DNA from: Candidatus Rokuibacteriota bacterium
Lineage (GTDB): Bacteria > Methylomirabilota > Methylomirabilia > Rokubacteriales > CSP1-6
Direction: 5' to 3'
Length of the DNA stretch: 64,000 nt
Assembly: GCA_016200085.1 (NCBI GenBank)
Contig: JACQFL010000003.1
Span: forward strand, 25,505 to 89,504
A program made the translations under genes and the position numbers. This document shows positions 18,352 to 28,458 of this stretch, in pieces (the first letter of the stretch is position 1; every line of letters starts with the position of its first letter). The notes beneath the pieces were generated by a model. That model ran no database searches. It was not told where the DNA came from and was given only the letters and a program-made list of their open reading frames with translations.

Positions 18352-18824
18352 GACGTGACGTCGGCGTTCTCGCCCTCTCCGCCGGGCGCCCCGTCGGCTC
18401 CCTCGGACCAGAGATCGTACTCGCCGTGCTGCCCGGGGCAGCAGCGATACCGGTACGGGTTGCTCCACGGGTCCCTGGGCACGGCCTTCTTGAGGTAGGG
18501 CCCGTTCCAGCCCGTGACATTCGGGTTGCGGTTGAGCGCCTCCAGGCCCTGCGCGCCGTCGGGGTACGAGCCCACGTCCAGCCGGTACTGATCGAGGGCC
18601 GCCTCGAGCAGGCTGATCTGCGCGCGCGCCACCGCCGTCTTCGACTGCCCGACCCGACCGATGAGGCGCGGTCCCACCAGCGCCACCAGGAGCCCCAGCA
18701 CGATGATCACCACGAGCAGCTCGATCAGCGTGAACCCCCGCTCGTCGCCCCCCGGTCGCCGGGTGAGCGGTCGGAGGGCGGACCGCCACCGCGCCGCCCG
18801 CCGTGCGCCCGTCGCCCCGCTCAC
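18330..18824 (-). CDS. gspG: T2SS major pseudopilin GspG
   Basis: Motifs are ...ERGFTLIELLVVIIVLGLLVALVGPRL...GSYP...DPWSNPYRY...YDLWSEGADG, a typical GspG core. The GTG start at 18824 overlaps the gspF stop (GTGA). Confidence 0.85.
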   Translation of the reverse strand: MSGATGARRAARWRSALRPLTRRPGGDERGFTLIELLVVIIVLGLLVALVGPRLIGRVGQSKTAVARAQISLLEAALDQYRLDVGSYPDGAQGLEALNRNPNVTGWNGPYLKKAVPRDPWSNPYRYRCCPGQHGEYDLWSEGADGAPGGEGENADVTSWDSAQK

Positions 18825-20032
18825 AGCGGAATCTCGTTGATCGAGAAGATCGCGAGCAGCATGGCGACCACGATGAACGCCACCAGCACCCCCATGACGA
18901 GGATGATCGCGGGCTCGAGGAGACCGATGACCCGCTTCATCTCCGTGCGCACCTCGTTCTCGAACGTCTCCGCCGTCTTCAGGAGCATCTCCTCGAGCCG
19001 CCCCGTCTCCTCGCCCACCCGCACCATGTGCACGGCCAGGGGCGGGAACGCCGCGCTGTCCTTCATGCTCGCCCACAGCGTGCCGCCGCGCTTCACCGCG
19101 TCGGCGAGCCGCTCGACGGCCCGCGCGAAGGCGAGGTTGGTCATCATGTCGCCGACCACGGCGAGCGCGCCCAGCACGGGCACCCCGCTCTTGAGCATGG
19201 TCCCGAGCGTGCGGGTGAACCGGGACGTCTCGACCTTGAGCACGATCGAGCCGGCGCGCGGCAGCCGCAGCACGGCGTGGTCCCACGTCAGGCGTCCCTC
19301 GGCCGTCCGCGTCCACACCCGCCACGCCAGCACCGCGGCCAGCACGACGCCCGCGCCGACCCACCAGTATCCCCGCACGGCCTCGCTGACGCTCATGAGG
19401 ATCTGGGTGGGCAAGGGAATCGTCTGCCGCAGGTCGGCGAAGATCGTCGCGAAGCGCGGGATGACGAACGTCAGGAGGAAGACGATGGCCCCCGCGCCCA
19501 CCACGGTGATGACGAGGGGATAGGCCAGGGCGGTGACGATGGCCTCGGTGAAGGCGGCGCGCGACTCGAGGAACTCCGCCAGCCGGCGGAGCGTGAGCTC
19601 GAGCACCCCGCCTTTCTCGCCCGCCCGCACCATGTTGATGTAGAGGCGGGAGAAGGGCCGCGGGTGGTGCCGGGCCAGCGCGTCGGAGAGCGACGAGCCG
19701 CCGCGCACGCTGCGCAACACGTCGGCGACGATCAGGCGCACGCGCGGGCTGGGCGCGAGCTCCTCGAGGATCGAGAGCGCGCGGTCGAGGGGCAGGCCCG
19801 CCTCGAACAGGGTGGCCAGCTGCTGGGTCAGCGCGAGCAGGTCGCGCTGGCGGATGCGCGCGCCGCCCCCGAAGCTCAGCCATGCCCGGGCCTCGCCGTG
19901 GGGGGCAACCTTGATCGGGTAGTACGCCTCGCCCTGGAGGCGCTCGACGACCGTGCGCGCGTCGGGCGCCTCCATCACGCCGTCGATCGTCTGGCCCCGG
20001 CGGTCCGCCGCCCGATAGACGAAGACCGGCAT
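18821..20032 (-). CDS. gspF: T2SS inner-membrane platform protein GspF
   Basis: The protein starts MPVFVYRAADRRGQTIDGVMEAPD... and contains two GspF repeats (...LATLFEAGLPLDRAL..., ...LGTMLKSGVPVLGAL...). 403 aa. Confidence 0.9.
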   Translation of the reverse strand: MPVFVYRAADRRGQTIDGVMEAPDARTVVERLQGEAYYPIKVAPHGEARAWLSFGGGARIRQRDLLALTQQLATLFEAGLPLDRALSILEELAPSPRVRLIVADVLRSVRGGSSLSDALARHHPRPFSRLYINMVRAGEKGGVLELTLRRLAEFLESRAAFTEAIVTALAYPLVITVVGAGAIVFLLTFVIPRFATIFADLRQTIPLPTQILMSVSEAVRGYWWVGAGVVLAAVLAWRVWTRTAEGRLTWDHAVLRLPRAGSIVLKVETSRFTRTLGTMLKSGVPVLGALAVVGDMMTNLAFARAVERLADAVKRGGTLWASMKDSAAFPPLAVHMVRVGEETGRLEEMLLKTAETFENEVRTEMKRVIGLLEPAIILVMGVLVAFIVVAMLLAIFSINEIPL

Positions 20033-20037
20033 CGGGC

Positions 20038-21735
<1,698 letters not shown>

Positions 21736-21752
21736 GCTATGCTCCAGCGCGT

Positions 21753-22526
21753 ATGGTAACACAGATGGTGTTCGCGGCCGTCGCCGCCGCGGCGGATCTC
21801 GCGGGCGCCGTCATCGTCACGCGCGCGCATCGCGACGGGGGGGTGGCCCTCCGGTACTTCGTCGCCCTCGGCGCGGGATTCATGCTGGCGGCGGCGTTCG
21901 TCCGCATGCTCCCGGAGAGCGCCCACGTGCCGCACGCGTTCGTCTTCGTGCTGCTCGGGTACTTCGGGGTGCATCTGTTCGAGCACACCATCGCGCCGCA
22001 CTTCCACTTCGGCGAGGAGCGGCACGTCGACGCCTTCCTCACGCCGGCCTCGGCCTACCTGGCCGTGCTCGGGCTCGGGGTGCACACCCTCTTCGACGGG
22101 GTCGCCATCGCCGCCGGCTTCATGGTCTCCCCCGCGCTCGGCGGGCTCATCTTCCTCGCCGTCCTGCTCCACAAGTTGCCCGAGGGGCTGACCATCGCCT
22201 CCATCCTCCTCGCCGCCGGCCGATCGCGGGCGGCCGCGCTCGTCGCCGCGGCCGCGCTCGGGGTCTGCACGATCGCGGGGGCCGCCATCACCAGCATCGT
22301 CGCCGAGTCGCACGTCGGCTACGCGCTCGCGCTGTCGGCGGGCGTGACCATCTACGTCGCTGCCTCGGACCTCATCCCGGAAGTCAACCGCGAGGGCGGG
22401 CTCGCGCTGGCCTGGACGGTCTTCGGCGGCCTCGTCCTCTTCGTGCTCGCCGACTGGGCGTTCTCTTGGATATCGGGGGGAGCGAGCGCCGCTCCCCCCG
22501 AATTCCCCCCACCGCGTCCGCGGTAG
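21753..22526 (+). CDS. ZIP family divalent-metal transporter
   Basis: The protein is multi-TM with HKLPEGLTIASILL and an HxxxE/H-rich TM4-5 signature. Confidence 0.8.
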   Translation: MVTQMVFAAVAAAADLAGAVIVTRAHRDGGVALRYFVALGAGFMLAAAFVRMLPESAHVPHAFVFVLLGYFGVHLFEHTIAPHFHFGEERHVDAFLTPASAYLAVLGLGVHTLFDGVAIAAGFMVSPALGGLIFLAVLLHKLPEGLTIASILLAAGRSRAAALVAAAALGVCTIAGAAITSIVAESHVGYALALSAGVTIYVAASDLIPEVNREGGLALAWTVFGGLVLFVLADWAFSWISGGASAAPPEFPPPRPR

Positions 22527-22679
22527 CTTCGGCGCGCGTCAGGGGCGGATGGCGCCGGCAAAGCCGGCGCTCGAAGTCACTTCGACAGGCGGCTGGTCCC
22601 GGAGAGTCCTGCACCACACGACCCGCCCGCGGCGCGTGGTCGTTCAGGAATCTTCGGGGCTGGTGCTATTCTGGCCGCG

Positions 22680-23183
22680 ATGGCCGGCCTCTCTGTGCTC
22701 GTGTTGCACGGGCCCAACCTCAACCTGCTCGGGTCGCGGGAGCCGGGGATCTATGGACGGCTGTCGCTCGCCGAGGTCGACCGGCTCGTGCAGCAGCACG
22801 CGGCGACGCGCGGGGCGCGCGTGGAGTGCCGCCAGTCGAACCGCGAGGGGCAGCTGATCGACTGGCTGCAGGGCGCGCGTGCCGAGGGCTTCGCGGGCGT
22901 GGTGCTGAACCCCGGCGCCTTCACCCACTACTCGATCGCGCTCCGCGACGCCGTCGCCGCCATCCGGCTGCCCGTCGTCGAGGTCCACCTCTCCAACGTC
23001 CACGCGCGCGAGGAGTTCCGCCGCCAGTCGGTCATCGCGCCGGTCGCCCGGGGCTCCATCGCCGGTTTCGGCCCCCAGAGCTACGTGCTGGGACTGGACG
23101 CCCTGCTGGCGCTCGGGCGCGGCGGCCCCGCGCGACGCGCGGCGCGCGTGCGCGCGCCACGACGGTCCGCGTCCCGGCGATGA
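22680..23183 (+). CDS. aroQ: Type II 3-dehydroquinate dehydratase
   Basis: The sequence matches throughout: [21 protein letters not shown]...[13 protein letters not shown]...[18 protein letters not shown]...[15 protein letters not shown]. Confidence 0.9.
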   Translation: MAGLSVLVLHGPNLNLLGSREPGIYGRLSLAEVDRLVQQHAATRGARVECRQSNREGQLIDWLQGARAEGFAGVVLNPGAFTHYSIALRDAVAAIRLPVVEVHLSNVHAREEFRRQSVIAPVARGSIAGFGPQSYVLGLDALLALGRGGPARRAARVRAPRRSASRR

Positions 23184-23208
23184 ATCAGCCCCCGCGTGCC
23201 GTCGTCTA
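23181..23208 (+). promoter_or_regulatory. Candidate ECF-type promoter (TGAATC-N16-CGTCTA)
   Basis: The -35-like TGAATC (23181-23186) and -10-like CGTCTA (23203-23208) are spaced 16 nt apart, about 35 nt upstream of the ECF sigma gene start. This resembles the xGAAxC...CGTx type of ECF promoter. Confidence 0.25.
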
Positions 23209-23242
23209 ACCGGCGACGGGGCGAGGCGGCGCCCGGTTCCCC

Positions 23243-24262
23243 GTGACCACCGACGATCAGGCCCTCATCGAGCGCTGTCGGAGCGGGGATCTCGAGGCGT
23301 TCGAGCCGCTCGTCGAGAAGTATCGGGAGCGCGTGTGGCGGCTGGCCTACAACTATCTGAGGGACCGCGAGGAAGCCTGGGACGTCACCCAGGAAGCCTT
23401 CGTGCGGGCCTGGCAGGCCCTTCCGTCGTTTCGCGGTCAATCGGCGTTCTACACCTGGCTCTACCGGATCGTCATGAACGTGGCCGCCGACCGCGCCCGC
23501 CAGCGGAGCGCTCGCGGCCGCGCCTTCGGCACCGAGCGCGTGCCGGAGGAGGACTGGGAACGGCAGATGCTGGACCAGGGGGAGGCGCCCGATGACCAGG
23601 CACGCAGGGTGGAGGAACGGCAGCGGATCGACCGGGCGCTCGAGGCTTTGCCCGAGCATCACCGGACGATTATCATGCTGAGCGACCTGCAGGGGCTTGC
23701 GTACAAGGAGATCGCCGAGGTGCTGCAGATCCCGATCGGGACGGTGATGTCGCGGCTGCACAACGCGCGCAAGCGGCTCAAGAACGTCCTCGGGCCGATG
23801 CTCGCGCTCCTGCTGGCCGTTCTCGTCGCGCTCGCGCCGGCGATCGCCCAGGCCCAGAAGCCAGTGCGCTTCGGCGCGCGGGTCCTGCTGGCGACCGACG
23901 GGCCGCCGTCGACCAGCGTCAAGCCGAACCCGGAGGGCGCCGACGAGCGGCTGGAGCGGTTCCTGCCGCGCCTCAAGCAGCTGTTCCGCTACAGCCACTA
24001 CACCTCGGTCGATCGCCACCGCGCCGAGGTTCCCGTTGGCGCCACGCAGAAGTGGACGGTGCCGGGCGACCGCACGCTCGAGCTCACGCCCGAGCGCGTC
24101 GAGGATTCGACCGTGTACATGCGCGCGCGCCTCATGCGCGGCGGCGTGGCGGAGGTCACCACGAACATCCAGGCGGCGCGGGGCAACCCCGCGGTCATCG
24201 GCGGACCCAGGTGGGAGAACGGCGTGCTCATCATCATCGTGTGGGCGAACGCCAACCCGTGA
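23243..24262 (+). CDS. ECF (sigma-70 family) sigma factor fused to a transmembrane segment and a ~135-aa extracytoplasmic C-terminal domain
   Basis: Region 2 (DVTQEAFVRAWQAL) and region 4 (LPEHHRTIIMLSDLQGLAYKEIAEVLQIPIGTVMSRLHNARKRLK) are present. They are followed in the same frame by LALLLAVLVALAPAIAQAQ and a domain I do not recognise. GTG start. Confidence 0.8.
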   Translation: MTTDDQALIERCRSGDLEAFEPLVEKYRERVWRLAYNYLRDREEAWDVTQEAFVRAWQALPSFRGQSAFYTWLYRIVMNVAADRARQRSARGRAFGTERVPEEDWERQMLDQGEAPDDQARRVEERQRIDRALEALPEHHRTIIMLSDLQGLAYKEIAEVLQIPIGTVMSRLHNARKRLKNVLGPMLALLLAVLVALAPAIAQAQKPVRFGARVLLATDGPPSTSVKPNPEGADERLERFLPRLKQLFRYSHYTSVDRHRAEVPVGATQKWTVPGDRTLELTPERVEDSTVYMRARLMRGGVAEVTTNIQAARGNPAVIGGPRWENGVLIIIVWANANP

Positions 24263-25788
24263 GCCAGGGCGAGGAGCGCTACCGGCAGGAACGGGCCCGC
24301 ATCGAGCAGGGCCACACGAAGTACCGCGACAAGCTCAAGGCCGAGGGCAAGCTCTTCGTCCGCGACCGCCTGAGGCTGCTCCTCGACCCGGGCAGCGAGT
24401 TCGAGGAGGAGTGGCTCTTCGCGCGCTCCCAGGAGGCCGACACCCCCGCCGATGGCGTGGTGACGGGCGTCGGCAAGGTCGGTGGCCGTCCCGTCTGCAT
24501 CATGGCCAACGACTACACGGTCAAGGCCGGGTCGTGGGGCGAGAAGACCGTCCTCAAGATCGTGCGCATCCAGGAGAAGGCGGCGCGCTTGCAGATCCCG
24601 CTCCTGTACCTCGTCGACGCCGCGGGCGGGCGCATCTCCGAGCAGATCAAGATCTTTCCCGGGCGCTTCCACGCCGGGCGGATCTTCTACAACGAGGTCC
24701 AGCTCTCCGGGGTCGTGCCCCAGATCTGCATCCTGTTCGGCCCCTCGCCGGCCGGCTCGGCGTACCTGCCCGCGCTCACCGACGTGGTCATCATGGTCGA
24801 GGGCAAGGCCTCCCTCTACGTGGGCAGCCCCCGCATGGTCGAGATGGCGATCGGCGAGAAGACGACGCTGGAAGCCCTCGGCGGCGCGCGCATGCACTGC
24901 ACGGTGTCGGGCTGCGGCGACGTGCTGGCGGCCTCCGACGAGGAGGCCATCGAGGTCGCCAAGCGCTACCTCGCCTGCATGCCGCAGTCGTTCCGCGAGC
25001 GGCCCGCCGCCGCCGCGCCCGTCGCGCCCATGCCCGGGCGCTCGATCGACGAGATCGTGCCCTACGACCAGCGCAAGTGGTTCGACATGTACGAGGTGAT
25101 CGACCGCGTGGTCGATGCCGGCTCGTGGCTCGAGCTCAAGCGGCTGTTCGCCCAGGAGATCATCGTCGGCTTCGGCCGCCTCGGCGGGCGCGTGACCGGC
25201 ATCGTGGCCAACCAGCCCAAGGTACGCGGCGGCGTGCTCTTCGTGAACTCGTCCGATAAGGCCGCGCGCTTCATCTGGCTCTGCAACGCGTTCAACATTC
25301 CGCTGGTGTACCTGGCTGACGTCGCCGGGTTCATGGTCGGCACCAAGGTCGAGCGCGAGGGCATCATCCGCCACGGGGCCAAGATGGTGTTCGCCACCGC
25401 CCAGGCCACGGTGCCCAAGATCTCGGTGATCGTACGCAAGTGCTACGGCGCGGGCCTCTACGCCATGTGCGGCCCGGCCTTCGAGCCCGACGCCGCGCTG
25501 GCATTGCCCCAGGGCCAGATCGCCATCATGGGCCCCGAGCCGGCCGTCAACGCCGTCTACTACAACAAGATCATGGAGCTGCCGGAGGCGGAGCGCGCAG
25601 CCTGGGTCAAGCAGAAGCGCGACGAGTACGCGGAGGACGTTGACATCTACAAACTCGCCTCCGAGATGCTGGTCGACGACGTCGTTCCGGGCTCGTCGCT
25701 GCGCGCCGAGCTGATCAAGCGCCTGGAATACGCCCAGACGAAGGTCCACGAGTTCCCCGCGCGCCGCAACGGGGTGTACCCGGTGTAG
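24259..25788 (+). CDS. Acyl-CoA carboxylase carboxyltransferase subunit (propionyl-/methylmalonyl-CoA type)
   Basis: The GTG at 24259 overlaps the sigma gene stop (GTGA). The sequence ...GKLFVRDRLRLLLDPGSEFEE...VCIMANDYTVKAGSWG...GPSPAGSAYLPAL...VIVRKCYGAGLYAM matches the family. Confidence 0.85.
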   Translation: MSQGEERYRQERARIEQGHTKYRDKLKAEGKLFVRDRLRLLLDPGSEFEEEWLFARSQEADTPADGVVTGVGKVGGRPVCIMANDYTVKAGSWGEKTVLKIVRIQEKAARLQIPLLYLVDAAGGRISEQIKIFPGRFHAGRIFYNEVQLSGVVPQICILFGPSPAGSAYLPALTDVVIMVEGKASLYVGSPRMVEMAIGEKTTLEALGGARMHCTVSGCGDVLAASDEEAIEVAKRYLACMPQSFRERPAAAAPVAPMPGRSIDEIVPYDQRKWFDMYEVIDRVVDAGSWLELKRLFAQEIIVGFGRLGGRVTGIVANQPKVRGGVLFVNSSDKAARFIWLCNAFNIPLVYLADVAGFMVGTKVEREGIIRHGAKMVFATAQATVPKISVIVRKCYGAGLYAMCGPAFEPDAALALPQGQIAIMGPEPAVNAVYYNKIMELPEAERAAWVKQKRDEYAEDVDIYKLASEMLVDDVVPGSSLRAELIKRLEYAQTKVHEFPARRNGVYPV

Positions 25789-25796
25789 TTCCGCCG

Positions 25797-27545
25797 TCAA
25801 CCGCCGAAGCGGCGTCGCGTGTCGGCGAGGGTGCCGTAGATCTCGACGGGCAGGCGATTGCCGAACCCGCCGTAGAAGCCCTCGAGGTCGTCGAGGGCGG
25901 GGAGCCAGTCGGCGGCGTCGGAGCGCAGCGCCTCGCGCAGGCGCTCGCGCCCGATGTCGAGTCCGCCGAGGTCGAGCGCGTCCACCGTCGGGACGTAGCC
26001 GATCGGCCGCTCCTCCGCGCGTCCGGTTCCGCGGATGCGCTCGACCATCCACTTGAGGATGCGGACGTTGTCGCGGTAGCCCGGCCAGAGGAACGTCCCG
26101 TCGGCGTCGCGGCGGAACCAGTTCACCCTGAAGATCTTCGGCGGGCGGGTGAGCCGCGGGCCCATGGCCAGCCACTGCTGGAAGTAGTCGGCCATGTTGT
26201 AACCGCAGAACGGGATCATCGCCATCGGGTCGCGGCGCACCACGCCCACCTTGCCGGTGATCGCGGCCGTGGTCTCCGTGCTCATGGCGGAGCCGAGGAA
26301 CACGCCGTGCTGCCAGTCGAAGGCCTCGAACACGAGCGGGATCACCTGGGTGCGGCGGGAGCCGAAGATGAGCCCGGAGATGGGCACGCCCTGCGGATCT
26401 TCCCAGTTCGGCGCGATGGAGGGGCACTGCTCGGCGAGCACGGTGAAGCGCGAGTTCGGATGAGCGGCGGGCCCGCTGGCGGGGTCCCACGGGCGGCCCT
26501 GCCAGTCGAGGAGGCCCCGCGGCGGCTCCTTGGTCATGCCTTCCCACCACGGCTCGCGCGACGGGGTCAGCGCCACGTTGGTGAAGATGGTGTTTGCGCG
26601 CACCGTGGCCATGGCGTTGGGGTTCGTGTTGGGGCTCGTGTTCGGGGCCACCCCGAAGAAGCCGCGCTCGGGATTGATCGCGCGGAGCTGCCCCTGGGCG
26701 TCCACGTGCATCCACGCGATGTCGTCGCCGACCGTCCACGCCCGCCAGCCCGGCAGTTGGGAGACGACCATGGCGAGGTTGGTCTTGCCGGACGCGCTCG
26801 GCATCGCCGCCGCGAAGTAGGTCACGCGGCCGTCGGGATCCTCGAGGCCGAGGATCAGCATGTGCTCTGCGAGCCAGCCTTCCTGCCGCGCCTGCCATGA
26901 CGCGATGCGGAGCGCGTGGCACTTCTTGCCGAGCAGCGCGTTGCCGCCGTAGCCGGAGCCCACGCTCCAGATCAGCTTCTCCTCGGGGAAGTGCAGGATG
27001 AGGCGACGCTCCGGGGAGAGATCGCCGAGAGAGTGGACGCCGCCGATGAAGTCGTCCTCGGCGCGCATGTGCTGGAAGGCGACCTGGCCGACGCGCGTCA
27101 TGATGTGCATGCTCGCCACGACGTAGGCGCTGTCCGTGACCATCACGCCCGCCCGGCTCATGGACGAGCCGGCCGGTCCCATCAGGTAGGGGATCGCCCA
27201 CATCGTGCGGCCGCGCATGGCGCGCCGGAACAGCGCGCCGGCCTTGGCCTTCGCCTCCGCGGGCGCCATCCAGTTGTTGGTCGGCCCGGCGTCGTCGCGC
27301 CCGCGGCTGCAGATGAACGTCAGCTGCTCGGTGCGGGCGACGTCCGAGGGGTGGCTGCGGTGCAGGTACGAGCTGGGATGGGTGTGCTCGTTGAGCGCGA
27401 GCAGCGTGCCGTCGGCGAGCATCTGCTCGATCAGGGAGTCGTACTCGGCCTTCGAGCCGTCGCACCACACGACGCGCGACGGCGCGGTCATCGAGGCGGC
27501 GTGCTCCACGAACTTCTCGGCAAGGCTCGTCACGCTCATTGGCAT
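25797..27545 (-). CDS. pckG: Phosphoenolpyruvate carboxykinase (GTP)
   Basis: 582 aa with ...GPTNNWM..., ...SVGSGYGGNALLGKKCHALRIAS... and ...AAMPSASGKTNLAM..., which are GTP-PEPCK signatures. Confidence 0.9.
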   Translation of the reverse strand: MPMSVTSLAEKFVEHAASMTAPSRVVWCDGSKAEYDSLIEQMLADGTLLALNEHTHPSSYLHRSHPSDVARTEQLTFICSRGRDDAGPTNNWMAPAEAKAKAGALFRRAMRGRTMWAIPYLMGPAGSSMSRAGVMVTDSAYVVASMHIMTRVGQVAFQHMRAEDDFIGGVHSLGDLSPERRLILHFPEEKLIWSVGSGYGGNALLGKKCHALRIASWQARQEGWLAEHMLILGLEDPDGRVTYFAAAMPSASGKTNLAMVVSQLPGWRAWTVGDDIAWMHVDAQGQLRAINPERGFFGVAPNTSPNTNPNAMATVRANTIFTNVALTPSREPWWEGMTKEPPRGLLDWQGRPWDPASGPAAHPNSRFTVLAEQCPSIAPNWEDPQGVPISGLIFGSRRTQVIPLVFEAFDWQHGVFLGSAMSTETTAAITGKVGVVRRDPMAMIPFCGYNMADYFQQWLAMGPRLTRPPKIFRVNWFRRDADGTFLWPGYRDNVRILKWMVERIRGTGRAEERPIGYVPTVDALDLGGLDIGRERLREALRSDAADWLPALDDLEGFYGGFGNRLPVEIYGTLADTRRRFGG

Positions 27546-27645
27546 GGACCTCGCGGCGAAGTTGGGCGGCTCGTGATTCGATTGTCGCCGCCGCTCCCGG
27601 CGCTGTCAAACAAACTCTGCCTCCCGGCGGGAGGCGCGGCGCCCC

Positions 27646-28449
27646 GTGGGGCCCGCTCGCGCCCGAGGCGGCGAGGGAGGGCGTGCTAGCATCCGCCGCG
27701 TGAAGGGGCTCGTCGCCGCCACGCGGTACCTGACGATCGTCCCCGTGCCCGGTGCATGGTCGCGCGAGGCGCCCGCGCTGGGCGAAGCGGCCGTCTGGTT
27801 CCCGGTGGTCGGCCTGCTCCTCGGGGGGGCCCTCGCGCTCGTGGACCAGGTCGCGATCCGCCTCTTCCCGCCGCTGCTGGCGGCCCTGCTCACAGTCACC
27901 GCGTGGAAGCTGCTCAGCGGCGGCCTGCATCTCGACGGACTGGCCGACTGCCTCGATGGCCTGCCCGGCCGTGACTCGGAGCACCGGCTGCGGATCATGC
28001 GCGACAGCCGCATCGGCACCTTCGGCGCCGTGGGGCTGATCCTCGTGCTGCTCCTCGAGCTTGCCGCGCTGACGGAGCTGGTGGCCGCCATGCGCTGGCG
28101 CGTGCTGCTGGTCGCGCCCGCCGTCGGACGCGCGATGCCCGCGCTCCTCGGCCGGCTGTTCCGGCCGGCCCGGCCTGACGGCGCCGGCGCCCGCTTCGCC
28201 GCCGGCCTGCGCCGGCGCGCCTGGATCGCCCCGGCCCTCGCGCTGGCCGTCGCCGCGGCGGCGCTGGCCGCGGCCGGCGTCGCCGCCTTCCTCGCCGCGG
28301 TCGGGCTGTCCATCGTCGTCGGGGCGTTCTTTGCCCGCCGCCTCGGCGGGGTGACGGGCGACGTGATGGGGGCCGTCGTCGAGCTGTCCGAGCTGGCCGT
28401 GCTGCTGGTGATCGCCGCGCGCGCTCACGGGATGGCGGCACCGCCCTGA
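27646..28449 (+). CDS. cobS: Adenosylcobinamide-GDP ribazoletransferase (cobalamin synthase)
   Basis: ...TRYLTIVPVP...GGLHLDGLADCLDG...RIGTFGAVGL... in a multi-TM protein. A possible alternative GTG start is at 27703. Confidence 0.85.
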   Translation: MGPARARGGEGGRASIRRVKGLVAATRYLTIVPVPGAWSREAPALGEAAVWFPVVGLLLGGALALVDQVAIRLFPPLLAALLTVTAWKLLSGGLHLDGLADCLDGLPGRDSEHRLRIMRDSRIGTFGAVGLILVLLLELAALTELVAAMRWRVLLVAPAVGRAMPALLGRLFRPARPDGAGARFAAGLRRRAWIAPALALAVAAAALAAAGVAAFLAAVGLSIVVGAFFARRLGGVTGDVMGAVVELSELAVLLVIAARAHGMAAPP

Positions 28450-28458
28450 CGTGAGCGG

